Of a stretch of DNA of 64,000 nt, positions 1 to 13,349 are shown piece after piece. The notes under the pieces were generated by a model that saw only the letters and a program-made list of their open reading frames with translations, was not told the origin of the DNA and did no database searches. Location: positions 73,390 through 137,389 of the forward strand of contig NMRA01000355.1 of assembly GCA_002633005.1 (NCBI GenBank). Reading direction: 5' to 3'. Made by a program: the position numbers and the translations under genes. Position 1 is the first letter of the stretch, and each line of letters starts with the position of its first letter. Origin of the DNA: Phoronis australis. Taxonomy: Eukaryota > Animalia > Phoronida.

Positions 1-2
1 AG

Positions 3-28
3 TCTCTCTCTCTCCCTCTCTCTCCTCT
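3..28. repeat. (CT)n microsatellite
   Basis: tctctctctctccctctctctcctct at the window start. Confidence 0.85.
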
Positions 29-204
29 AGCAACGCCTTGTTCGCAACGTAACATACCGCACTTGGACTTAAACAAAATCTGTACTTCAATGACATCATA
101 TAATTCTGTAGCAAAACGTTAAATTTGTTTAAATACATTAGAATCCGGGAATTTCGGCAGCAAATTATCCCTGAGACATGTTTTGTTAAACACGACATTC
201 CATT

Positions 205-375
205 TGTTTAATGACCTCAATAGATACGCGCCCTAACTGGCAGCTGGCTTGTCTCATGTCAACAGTGAGGAAAGCACCATTTACATAAACTGCCACCTAA
301 CGCGAGATCACCCTGCCTCCTGTTGGAGCGCGTTTCTATTGAGGCCGTGTGTATATTAAGGGCATTAAAACAAAG
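205..375. repeat. Short imperfect inverted repeat, MITE-like remnant
   Basis: CCTCAATAGATACGCGC (~215) faces the reverse complement CCTCAATAGAAACGCGC (~328-344). Confidence 0.4.
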
Positions 376-3300
376 CGAACGTCGTAATAAACGTAATATA
401 TCAGCTAACTGTCTTCTGTTTGGAATCACGTGGATGTCATACTGACATTGTCCAGCAAACAACATGGCAATGATCAAAGGTACTTGCCAGTACTAAATTT
501 CTAATCTATGGGAAAAAGACATAGCCTTTTGGTACAATAGACGGATTGACAGAAACAAGATGAAACTTTGAAATTTACCCCCAAGCTCTGTCCAGCACGA
601 CCTCTGACAAACATTGTCTTATCCTACAGTTTGATTACTGCAGATCTGCATTCAAATCATAGTTTGTGTTTTGTTTAAAACGTTAGAATATGTCCAAATA
701 GTAATAATACATAATACAGCTTTTCTTATAAAATCAACAGTCGTTTTTGGAAACAAAAATTTGACTCGCTTGTGAAAGCTAGACATTTATCGACTATTTC
801 TCGGTTCTCTTTGTTTAAATCACATTTTTTGGTATTTTTTGATAATATACAGCAAATAATTGATTCGGCTAGTGCACATTTATATTAGTAAAACGTTTAG
901 TTAGTTCATCGATTGCTTCACAGAATGCATGTTCGATTGTCAACTCGTAATTTGACCCAGCCAAATTACTTCCATTCTGCGTAGAGCGATTAAAATTAAT
1001 TTTCCTTGATACTCCAACTACAGTAATATTTTTGCATCTGCATGCAGATAATTTCTTCATATCTTACTTTACTGATTAAACCCACCTTGATAAGATATGT
1101 GCTATGTGTTGGCGCGGCCATGAAACAGGCAATGAAATAAAGGGTGCAATAGGAGACGGTAGATCTGGTACGCAGTTAACTGCAGAGTCCTACAGTGCAT
1201 GCATTTCACGGTTTAAGTACATGTAGTGTGGTGGAATTAATTTTCGTATTCTACGCATCGACAGCCGTTGGTCTGTTCATCAGGCTTACCAAACGTAGTT
1301 AGTCATAACGCCGTTCCTAATGAATGTTTTACTTCCTGAAACCACAGGATCCAAATTGTGCGGAAGAAAATTGCAATAAGTGGTGATCAGGTCGATACTA
1401 TCTTTAATCCACGTCATTTGATTTGGGTACAAAGTGTATACCTCCTCTCCTCAAATTAAACAAAAATATTTTGCCATAGTTGCGCGAAATATATTGATAC
1501 CTAGAACTAAGACACCTAAAAACAATTGCTACATAATCTCAAGCTAATACTTGTACATGTATTTATCAAATCAGTTGTCTGCTCTCAGCGTGCGACACCG
1601 GCAACACTGCAAATCTCATATTTAACTATCGAAGCAATCAAAATCAGTTTCGATTGTTTACACTGGTGATGTGACTATTGGAGGAAAAAACTTCCATCAT
1701 TAGCATCACAGAAGGTAAAAAGCGGAAAACATAACTACGCCAACACTCTGCTAGACTGTTGTTTTGTTTAAGTTCACAATGTTACATTTCCAGAAGGATT
1801 TCGAATTATTCTCTTAGCTTGGGTTTAATACCAAATTTATTAACACGTTGTTAAAAAACAGGTCGGCACGCAAAAACTAGACATTTTGATGTAAAATCCG
1901 ATCAGCGTTTTGAGACATAACGTAAAGTCTCTAAATGGGTAGAGTAGTTATTTTGATATGAGTGTACCTTTCTGGCACATGAAATGTTTACTTGAAAACG
2001 TGGTCACGTGACAATAAATAGACCCAGTAGTAAGAAGCATATTTTAGAGGCCTCAAACGTTCTCCTTTCAGAAAATGTATAGGTTTTTAACAGTTGACAA
2101 AGCATAGTGAACACCTTCTTATTTAATTTGAATTTTTCTTATGCTGTAAAATTTTGATTTTCATGGACAAAATGTAGAAACCTATAAACAAATATGTGTT
2201 TCTATGTAAAATATTATTATAGGTGGGCATGTCTGTCAATAAAGGTTGATCAGCCAAGTCTTTGTTTGTAACTGGAAACATTAAAAACAATACAGTCCAA
2301 CATACCAGGAAGGGTCCACCTATATAAATCCAAAGCTGGCCCTCATACTCCGTCCAGTCATTTTTATGTATGTGGACCCATCACGGTGGGTCAATCTATA
2401 GAAACATAACTGCTTCCATCATAACGTATCTAGTTATATTTTATAGGTTGACCTGTCGGGATGGGTATATCTACATCAATAAAACACGATGGGTCCAAGT
2501 ATATTTTATGGGCTGTCCCCAATTTTGTCCAGGAAAAGCAAAATTTCACTACATAAAAAATGCTCCAATTTAATAACAAGCTGTTAGACTAAGTGTTTTT
2601 GATAATTAACTTAGAGTTGAAATCGTTTAGTAGTGTCTTACATAACCTTAAAGCTGTTGAAAAATACGATGGACTTCATGCACGCTCCTCGATTTTTACG
2701 TAAATGCCATTTTTATTTTCAGATACAAATTTACTTGAAATAGAACTGTGTGCTTGCTTAAAAGTTAGGCATGCTCTTCAACTGTGTGTACATGTATGTG
2801 AACGAGTAATAACTAATTCAATAACAATAATGGCGCGTAAATAAAATACCGCCTTCTAAAGGGATAACTTTAACCACTTCACTAACAATCAAACTATCCC
2901 AAAAACTTTCTGTACGCTGACATTTGCCTTGCATCTTTTTCAGAATCTATAAGATGGTCTTCCCTCTAATATTTTGAGGGCATCAAAGCAGGTTCTACGA
3001 GCAACAATATCGAATACCATAGGACTGCTGACTAACAAACACCATTATCACATTATTTCTTGACCCTCGAATTATCATGACGTCACGCACCCTTGTCACA
3101 GTGTCACTGTATATTTATCTATAGTTCTGTCTACCTACCAACCTCAATAAAATGTATTCAAAATCAGGTGTTCTTATTTGAGTTACAGGGCAATATCTCA
3201 TGTAATCTCGCGAAATATTTTTAGTGAGCGTTACTCCGATTGTTTTGTTTACATCAATGTCAAGAGACACAGGCTCCTTAATCAAGTAATCGTTTTATAT

Positions 3301-4689
3301 CTGTGTTTTGCCATACCAAATAAGGAGAAGTGCTTTGCCTTGTGGGAGAAAACTCGACGAAGTGAAGGGTAGTTGTCAAATTATGATGTTAAAATTTGAA
3401 ACTAAAAGAAAAATGACCTGACACCAACAGGAAATCAAACGAACAAACGTAACACTCCTGGTTAACAGTTTCACTTTTGCTTCATCGGCAAACAACCACT
3501 TTAAATGCGATTTAAACTGCGTTACCGTTCTGTGCAGCTCTAAACAAACTACATGTAAGTTGTGTGGAACAAAAGTAAAAGAAAGTCTGCATGCCAATCT
3601 AACAGAGACAGATGCTCGCCCCCTGGAAGATAAAAGGTGAGTTGTTCATCCAACCAGTTCCAAGCAATGCTCCCGAACAACTCGTTAGAATTTGTATGAG
3701 AATTACTATTTGCTTAGCAGTCTGGTGCCAGTATCATCAGTATTGAAATTAATGCGCGGTGCTAACATTCGCTGTGCCTCGTTAAACGTTTTACTTAATG
3801 CTGGAAGGATCTCATATCAGAATTTAAAGATGCTTTAGGCTGCATGCTTAATCTATAGGTATTTAGAAAGAAATCTTAAAGCGAAATAAAAATTCATCCA
3901 AAGCAAGATTTAAATGACCATCTTTCAGTAGTTTGCTTAAAGCAAGTTACATTCTACATTAAAGTGCACTTAAAGGAAATTTAATTAGTGATATTCAGCA
4001 GTTCACTTATGGCAAGTCAAAGGATTCTTTTAAGTGCACGTCAGGCACAGCTTCAATACGGAGTCCATTCATCTAAACAGTTTCGTAAATTCCCTTTTAT
4101 TGATGACTGCTGAAGCTACAGTAATTTCTATTAAACGCGTTTAAGTCCTCTGTTTCCGTAGCACTGCGCGTCATCTTACAGTAACAACGTTTCGAAAGAC
4201 GTTATTGCTTGTGCTACCAAAAAACGCAATTTTAGGATTACTCTCGAATGGGATTTGCTTGAGTTATCAACTTTGATCATCAAGCTATAAAACAACTAAA
4301 TAGTTTGATTATTTTTGTGATTTTATTACAACTAAAAACTCCAATTCTAACAGCAGTGAAGCGTTTGGCAGCTGCTGGCGGAGTTTGTAGGTTCTACTCT
4401 GAGTTACTAGTGATGTCTTTAAATTAAAATAACCATTATTTCGGAGTCAATAAATCTCAATATTACCCGTTACTGTGGTAACGACGTTTCAATTTCTTGT
4501 TTCACATATTTTTCATGAAGCTGTAAGCCTCGATTTCACCACTACGGCAGCATAATCTTTTCAAATATCAATATTGATACAGCTATTCCATTAATCAAAA
4601 ACAACTACATCGATAAAGATGGTTTATTGAGTTACAGAAAAATTTCAATACCTGTCTGTCGAATAAAAAAATGTCGACAGAACCCACGG

Positions 4690-5510
4690 GAAACTAGGGC
4701 GCACGTTCCTTGCATAGATATTGGTACATGGGAGTATCTATTTTTCACTTTGTTTTTCTTTCTTTCAATAAAGATAATGGTAAGCGATTATCGGTAACCG
4801 GTTGATGGGCGCCTAAGGTACGATATTCGGGAGACCTGTATTGTTACATTCAACAAAGACACAACAAAGGAAAACGCCCGTCTCATAGATATCGCTAGTT
4901 AAACAATAGCTTGCGAAATCCACATGATATCATATGGGAATAGCGCACAAAAATTTCTTCTTTCACTTGTCGCACTCTTTAGTATAGACACCAATCAGGC
5001 TGTGGCCCTGAACGTTCCACTGAACCTACGTCTTTAGAGATTACAGATGAAATTTAAAACTGGATGTATCAACAGAAAGTCCTTCGACAGAAGCTGATGT
5101 AATACGTTAATCACATAAAAATTGAATTAAACTGCTTTACTGGCTGCTGGCGGGTAGAAAACAATGTGTTGTTATAGATAGTGATCATTTTAACAAGGGA
5201 AAACGGGGCGCTAGCTAATCGCATAAGTATCGGTAGATATGCGTATCTATTGTTCATCTTGTTTTTCTTTTTACCATACTGATAATGTTAAGCATTTATC
5301 GGTAACCGGCTGATGGGTGCCAAAGGTACATATCCATGCAAAATGTATTGTTATATCCAACAAAGAGGCAACACAGGAAAATAATGGTAGCGTCTCTTAG
5401 GCGATAACCATGCCACGCGCTTACGCCCGTCGCATGGATCTCGCAAGTTGTAGCTTGCATAACACATACGACAGCATTTGGCATGGGTTCTCCACTTACT
5501 CATTTTTTTA
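4690..5510 (+). repeat. Degenerate direct duplication, two ~300-bp units (~4690-4970 and ~5200-5510)
   Basis: Shared blocks such as TTATCGGTAACCGG.TGATGGG.GCC.AAGGTAC and TGTATTGTTA.AT.CAACAAAGA. Confidence 0.75.
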
Positions 5511-7145
5511 ACTCAAAAACATCAGTTATTGATCTTATTTTCTTGATAAGTCACACTATAAACTTGTGCTTCACTGTTCTATTCACTTTCCAACACTGCC
5601 TATCGCGAAATAGAATATTCAATAACAGTCTAAATACCCCCAGAAGACTTTACAGTGTGTCCTTCCACCACACGCTGCATCATCCTCATTTCACAAACTA
5701 ATACCAAAAGCCTTCGTTCTCATATTTCTCTCCTCGTAAGCTGTTTATAACACAGCTGCCAAAAACGCACCATTAGACATAAAAACCTTTCTTTCCAAAC
5801 TGCTTTGTATGTAATTTTTAAAAATTATATTCGTGTTATTTCTCCTTTTTTCTATAAAGTTACACCAGCGTATATTTATCACTTTTTGTTATACATGTTC
5901 TTAATAATTGCCATGCCCGCAAGCATTAACTCTATGGTTTAAATATGTTTCCTTTTTGTCAAACTCTAAAACATTCCTTTTCATGATTCGTAATAAACTG
6001 TACAATAGTGATTCTCCTATTGTAGTACTATAGGTAGTTTTGAAATATAAATAATGTAAATGTTTAGTGTCATTTTGGGTGAATTTGCGGCTTTAATAAG
6101 TCTGTCTACGTGTTACTTGCAACACCTCGTTGGCTACTACATTCGACTCTCTATTGAAAGTGTGATCTGTTCACTCAAGCGTCTCTATATCTCCGTATTT
6201 GCATAAAACGCTTCACATTTGCACTAGACTGATGATTCTGGTTTCCGGTTGCAGGACGTCCTCATAGGATACCCGGGGATTGGATTCCCTCTTATTGTTA
6301 CGCCAACTTATTATACAAGCAGTTACAAGAGTAATTTCTTCCAATCGGGGATACGTGGGAAAACGTCATTGACACAAACCGTTGGAGTAATAGTGATATA
6401 AGTCCCTCAGTTGCACCGGAAGTGTATGCACCAGGTTTTTAGTATTAAAGTTACCTTCTCTATGACTTTAGTATTTTTGCGACATAAAACAAAAAGAGAC
6501 TTGCAATTTTAAGAACTTTCACCCTTTAAGGGAACAGCCCTCAACTTCGAAGTTTAACTACTACAAGAGCTTAATAATCCGAAAGTTCACTACTCCGAAA
6601 ATCTATAAAATTTTCTTACTTGGTTGTATTATTATCATTCTCTATAATGCTAAAATACAAGATACTGAAGTTGCGCATGCGAAAATAGGCTTCGATTCGT
6701 GTCTTAGGAATATGGAATAAAGAGAAAATACATGCGCTTGTCCACGGAACGCTTCGTTGCATTAACGTTTTTGATCTTGCTATGATTTTTATTGGCAGAC
6801 ACACCATCACTCGTGGCGACAATATTTGTCAATCTAAAGGTAAAAAACGTGAAAACCTGGTCGGCTGTTTATTTCCAATGCAAAACAAATCTGGTCAAAA
6901 TTAAAACCACTTTGTTCGGCAAGTGATTAAAAAGTACCATTTCTGATTGGTTGGATCCCAATAGGCTTGGTTCAGAGCTGCTACTCACTGGTCAACAGAG
7001 AAAATATTGACGCATAAGCAGTGATGCATCCCGGATACGTTGCACTGTGGGTAAATAGCCCATCATGAAACCGCCGTTGAGATATTGGGGTGTGGCCATG
7101 ACTCTGATACGCACACCAAACGTGATGTGTTTTTTCAGCCAAACA

Positions 7146-7677
7146 NNNNNNNNNNNNNNNNNNNNNNNNNNNNNNNNNNNNNNNNNNNNNNNNNNNNNNN
7201 NNNNNNNNNNNNNNNNNNNNNNNNNNNNNNNNNNNNNNNNNNNNNNNNNNNNNNNNNNNNNNNNNNNNNNNNNNNNNNNNNNNNNNNNNNNNNNNNNNNN
7301 NNNNNNNNNNNNNNNNNNNNNNNNNNNNNNNNNNNNNNNNNNNNNNNNNNNNNNNNNNNNNNNNNNNNNNNNNNNNNNNNNNNNNNNNNNNNNNNNNNNN
7401 NNNNNNNNNNNNNNNNNNNNNNNNNNNNNNNNNNNNNNNNNNNNNNNNNNNNNNNNNNNNNNNNNNNNNNNNNNNNNNNNNNNNNNNNNNNNNNNNNNNN
7501 NNNNNNNNNNNNNNNNNNNNNNNNNNNNNNNNNNNNNNNNNNNNNNNNNNNNNNNNNNNNNNNNNNNNNNNNNNNNNNNNNNNNNNNNNNNNNNNNNNNN
7601 NNNNNNNNNNNNNNNNNNNNNNNNNNNNNNNNNNNNNNNNNNNNNNNNNNNNNNNNNNNNNNNNNNNNNNNNNNNNN
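7146..7677. other. Assembly gap (532 N)
   Basis: Run of N; ORFs spanning it are artefacts. Confidence 1.
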
Positions 7678-7724
7678 CTCTCGATGCCACCATATTTGTA
7701 CCGAAACTCCTACGTGGGGAGGCA

Positions 7725-7880
7725 CAGTGGCGGAATTAGTGGGCCAAGAGGCCATGACCCCCCTAGCATTCTCCCAGATTCCATTTGGCAGTACGGAGCT
7801 GCCAATTTCTGACCGGTAAAACCCTGACTAATACTCTGCCCTAGCCCTTCCTCAACTCAAAATCATGGATCCGCCTCTCG
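7725..7880. mobile_element. MITE-like element with CAGTGGCGGA...TCCGCCTCT termini
   Basis: Imperfect terminal inverted repeats, C-rich interior, no coding capacity. Confidence 0.45.
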
Positions 7881-9410
7881 AACAATCCTGGGGATCCAGC
7901 CATTAAGGGTTGAGTAACCGTAACACGGAGAATAAGAATGGGCCTAGGACCAGTACAGTGACCTGTAGCGAGGAGAGCTGCCTCAAGTAGCTATAGCTGA
8001 GATCTAACAGTGTGAAAATACGAAATTCCCGATGAACTAAAGCAAGTTGCTGGTCAGCTCAACTATGATTCACTTGAGACAGGCAGCTTAGCTCGTGCCG
8101 ACCGTCTGCACTAGTTCTAAGGTCAAGATTCGTTTTTATGTGATTCAGTTTATGGAAAACTATACTTTATTATGGTCATTCTTTGAAAGAGTTTTTTTGA
8201 AAAGATATGGGGCCCCGAAGTCCCTGGTATAGTGCCTTTGGGGCTGTTTCAAAATCCCCAGTTGAAACACGACTGTTTTTTCAGTTTCAGTTTATGTTTC
8301 CCAAAATTTACACACTTCCTGAACGTTTGCAGTTCGAATTCAATCTTTGTGGTTATCACTGAGAGCCTGCGCGGCCTACTGCATTGTTACATCTTATTTT
8401 TAACGTGGATACGTCAGTCAGGAAAAGCAATTAATTCAGTTTTGAAGAAAAAAAATCATTACTCAATAATACTGGAAACTAAAAACACCAAGGAAATGCG
8501 AAGACAACCTTTCCAAGAAATGAGTTTAATCTTATTTATTTAAGGATTTTTCAAACTTTTTTTTCTATCTACAGTTTTGTGTACGAATTCCGTCAATGTC
8601 TTTGAGAGTTATTTTAGATATGCGTCTAAGTGTACTTTACTATTTGGGAATCGGATTTTAGAGTTTTTCCAACTTCAGGCAGCAATTAAATTCACTGTAT
8701 TATCACCAATTCTTACAAGATTAGCTTCTAATTGTCAAAAATCATCTATGAATCTATCGATATCCGAAGATACATAAACAAGTAAATCAGAAATCAACGA
8801 ATTTGTTTATCAAACAGGAATGCACAACTTCTGCATGCATGCTCGCAGACTTTTGACGGGTAACCGGGGGGATATGGGAGATGGGGTATTCGTATTAAGG
8901 TTTGTTTACTGAGGTACCTATAACGGTTCACGATGTAAACTTGAACTTCACTGACAAAAAACGTTGAAATCGTTGTTTATGATTGATTGAGTTCTTTGAG
9001 TACCCCTTTTGACGTGTACACTACAATTACAAATAGTAGCCTAGACAGCAGTGTTTTCCACAAGTGGGAATTCCTTACAAACAACTCATAGTAAAACTTG
9101 TCAAGAAATACTTTTCTTGTGATACTACCGGAAACAGTAACATTTTTATAACTAATCATCGGAAATAATCCTTTTGTGTAATTCACAAGTAGTGGTCTTT
9201 ACGTTCTTCAAAATCCATCCTTTCGATGGCGGCAACCCTACTGTATTTTTCAAATTTTTGGTTGTTTGGGTAGAATGGCAGTATTGTGCAAGAATGTTTT
9301 TTGTTTTTGTTTTTTTTTTGATGAACTTGGAATCTCAGCTTCCACCGTGAATACTTGGCAGTGTCTAATTTACACACAGGGGTTAATGCTCTATGCTATG
9401 TTATGTTTAC

Positions 9411-9560
9411 GGCCATGGATTTAGAATGTCTATGTATGTAGCACACTATTCTATATTTATGGTCATGACCATAGATATGGAGTGTCTAGCTACATGTATA
9501 TACCACTATTCCATATTATGGTCATGACCACGGATTTAGATTGTCTATATTCATGTAGCG
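9411..9560 (+). repeat. Minisatellite, ~58-bp unit x ~2.5
   Basis: Recurring CACTATTC.ATAT(T)TATGGTCATGACCA and GGATTTAGA.TGTCTAT. Confidence 0.75.
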
Positions 9561-12500
9561 AGCTACGACATTTATTATAACTAAAACATAGGAACTAGAG
9601 CCTGTACTTCGTCTAACAAGTGGGAGAGACGAACTCTTTACAGAATATTTTTTTCTATTTGGATTTGATATACATGCACCTTACACCTTGAAGCTTGTAA
9701 TGCGCCAAGGCCAGTCAATGAATGTATATTGTGTTTATTGAAATACTTTTAAGCAATTAATAGTTTTAGCAGAATTATTAAAGTTTGACTTGTGGCAATA
9801 TTGCGTAGCGTTTTAAGACGCATCTTCACATTTACGTCATTCAGCATTTAATTCCAAAATCCAATGCGCCTACGCCACGGATATTCGTCAAGTTTGATAT
9901 ATGTAACCCCCTATTGTTGCTACAACTAACTTCGCATGGTTTCTAGAACGTTCTAATGTTTCAATTTACGTTTAACAACTACAAGAGACGAAACGTGAAG
10001 TAATTACAGAAATTCATCAGCAGTAATACAATGGCTGCAAGACAGGATTGAAGTGGAACCCTCTGGCACAACACTTTGGGGCGGCAGGTGGCACTAGAGG
10101 ATTATTAATTAAACTGCGTTTGCCTGACTTACTCGAATGAATCTGTGTAATATTTCAGATGCTGAAATATTTAATGCCGATGATTACAAATTGTTGTGTC
10201 GCCTCTCCCTCCCAGAAGTCCGTGCCCTGACTGTTGCATTTTTCTGTATGCATTACACATTGCTCCTGGGGCTGAAGAAAAAAACTTAGATCTTATATTA
10301 CACTATTCGTTAATATTAATTCTTATCAACATCTTACAACATGTCATACCATTCTTAGAAATAGTCGAAATTTGTCTATTTTAAAGAATCATTTGTAATA
10401 AATTTTATCAACCACAATTGATTGTGTACACCTCTCTTGCACGGGCAGACATAGTGCCTGTGTACACTTGTCCTGCACGCGCAGGTATACACGTATATAG
10501 AGGGACAAAGGGACAATCACCCCAAACTGCTCCACCGAGAGAGGGCACCGTCTGAAATGGGGCACCTTAAGATGAAAGGCTAAACATCATTAAGCTTGGA
10601 ACAAAGTGACAGTTCATTCCTCCGTCGTGTGGTCCTAAAACGAGGCAGGGAGTACACTCCTTCAACATGAAAGCACGATTTCAAAAAAGCAGGAAAATAA
10701 GGTAATCGATTCCAACAATGGGCCTTCCGTGTGCGGCCCCGTAAGACTTTGTCAATAAAAACACAAAAAGGTGGCCACTTGAATGTCATTAATGGCCTCC
10801 TTCAAGGACGGGGCTCCTAAATATAAAAATATAATTATTTTCAAATATCAGGAAATGCGCGATAATTGATGTTATCTGTCAGGTCATCAATATTTCTCAA
10901 GTGATATACAGTTTCGAGAAAAAAAATAAAGCAAAAGTTGTCTCCATTATCCCTTGCCAGGGAGGCGCCTCTAGAAAAATATAGTTTTGCATTCGCAAAA
11001 TTGACTTATTGAATTTAAAGATCCAGAAACTTAGTACGCTCCTCAAAAGCTTCGCTTTACAAATATTCTCGTGTTTTCGAAATATACATGTATGTGTAAC
11101 GACGGTGTACTGGCCAGGGTCCTCAAAAGGTAAACTATGCACTGAAGCAGATTTGTTAAATATCCTCTTGAATTTTCTCTTTAATCGGTTTTTCTCAGTC
11201 TTTCTTTTCTCGACTGTCCCCGGAACCATGCCTATGTCGGTTGCCACGGTTTAAGCCAGTCGCCTGAAAATTTTTGGGAGGGGGGCCGTGCCCCCCCCCG
11301 CTTCCTACGGTCCTGCTTTTCCATGCATACATAAGAGAATTGGGGAAAACTTTTTAAAATTTATTTTGATTCAAAATGGATATAAAAACTACAACAGTTA
11401 TGTTCCAGTATTCTTTCATTGACAGATGCAGAATTTTCTAATTGGCTTCTTACACAAAGACGCTGAAACTTAGGCGAATCAGAGACACTAGAACATAGAA
11501 AGAGAAGACAGACGGACGGATTGACGCACAGTATACTTACTTTACCACTAACTGTTGTGCGTACACAACAAACATGTCGCTCAATATCCATTGAATCGTC
11601 TCTGCCTTAATTTTACTAATACGTGTAGTACCTGTTTCATCGGAAATTGGCTTTAGGAATAACTGACTCCCTCTGCACTTTCTGTTATAGGTAACGTGTG
11701 ACACTGACAGTGTGATTTTGTTGAATATTTTTGGAACTCTATAGAGAACTGTTTCAGAAATACAACCAATATCCCTCTGGCTACCAATGTTTTACTTGCA
11801 GAATCTTTTACTCCTTTGCCAATCGTTTTTGTATAAGAAAAGTCTCAGAAGTACTAACCTTCAAATAGTTCTGTATCACTGTTCCTAGAACGACATTTAA
11901 TAAAAAGTAGAGTTTGTCAAGTTTACCAATATACCAATATATGGTCAACAAAGAACCATTTTACATTTTTTGAAGCACTTACTCTCTTTCTCTCTCTTCG
12001 TCGGAAACTGTGCTGTACAAACTGTTTACATGTACATGTAGATTCTCCTCGTCACGTGTTTTATTTATCAAAACCCAGCTCGGATATGCGTTTACTTTAG
12101 TTGAATCATCTTTGAACTGACTGTGAAGTAAACCAAGGAAACCCTAGACCTTTGTCCTTAATTATCTCAACTGAGAATATAACAAACCGCGTTTCACATA
12201 TCCTACTGTAGCTCAAGTCAAATGACAAATTGGTAAAAAGGCTGAAAATGAGAGTCGGCGACGTGCGTTTCATCCACTAAGTATAGGTGTTCAGAACAAA
12301 AAGGGAGAGAGCACATCTTATTGGACCGGTTGATATTTCCCAGACTTTTTCACTTAACCTCATACTTCTTGTAACGCGAATGGTCATTTCTATTAAATTC
12401 ATTTAACAGAAATCCATTAAAAGGATAAACATACCCATTAGAGTGACCAAAAAATGCTAACTTGATCGAATAAGCATTCGAAAATGGTGAAGTTAGCTTT

Positions 12501-13225
12501 AAAAGAAAATCTGAGTGTGCTCTCTGAAGCCCGAGTCGCTCACGGAGAGTCATTATATGAAAGCACTGCGTTAATGAGAAAACAGAATCCGTTGTTTATT
12601 GATTTCACGCCGCTATTTGATCACCGTGTACATGTAGCAATCATACATCGATTTTTAGATGTATCGAATGGCTAATTCATCTTATGAATTGGGTCTCATG
12701 AAGGGAACTTGCTAATTAGACTGTGATATAATTTGCATAGAAGCAAAGATAGCACACCAAGTACCCTCATTCTTGAAACTGGGTGCATCTCATGCGTATA
12801 CTTACTAAATCGAATCGAAAAGCAATATATGACTCTTTTCTTAACAATTACCCAATCATTAGCGGGTCTACCATTCAAACTCCGTTCAAAGTGACGTCGA
12901 CGGCCAGGATGCAGGTGCAACTGCCCACTTGTGTGGGCCTTCGCAACTGCTACCCCAGTTACAATTACTGATTTAGCAGTTTTGAGGCCGGTCAACGACA
13001 TTTTATAATCAACCATGATCGACCACGTGACTTCCACGAAATATATTTCCGTTGCCGTGGTGGTCCATCTTTCTAGTGCTGTGTGGGCTGCTTATCGCGG
13101 AGTGGAGACGCGAGCGGGTTTGAACCATTGTCAGGTAAAAGCTCTTCGATCGCTTCCGTGAAAAAGACATTTCGCCTTGAACTCTTTCGCATATGAAGAC
13201 GACTGATGATATGTACATGTAGACC

Positions 13226-13349
13226 ATGAATTTGTCGGAATCAGTGCTTTCCAATTCCAGTCAACTGGATTCGCCCTTCTCACACATCAGCTGGGATGAC
13301 GCGACTTGGATTTTAACGAGTTCTTTTGTCATTTTTACCATGCAATCCG
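13226..13349 (+). CDS. Amt: Amt gene A coding exon 1 (MNLSES...WDDATWILTSSFVIFTMQS), phase-1 donor
   Basis: ACC-ATG start; Amt TM1 motif; donor CCG|GTAAGT at 13350. Confidence 0.9.

Noticed and set aside
5590-6000. Possible CR1-type LINE 3' end (SYFSPRKLFITQLP, cf. SFFPRT..WN.LP)
   Set aside because: A single weak motif, not enough to call.
6992-7145. Minus-strand peptide ITFGVRIRVMATPQYLNGGFMMGYLP loosely resembles a picorna-like capsid beta-strand motif
   Set aside because: Only about 50 codons beside the gap, ends in a stop, has no other viral motifs, and the surrounding DNA looks like non-coding repeat; probably chance.
6992-7819. Four 200+ aa ORFs in the track
   Set aside because: They are open only because they run through the N gap.
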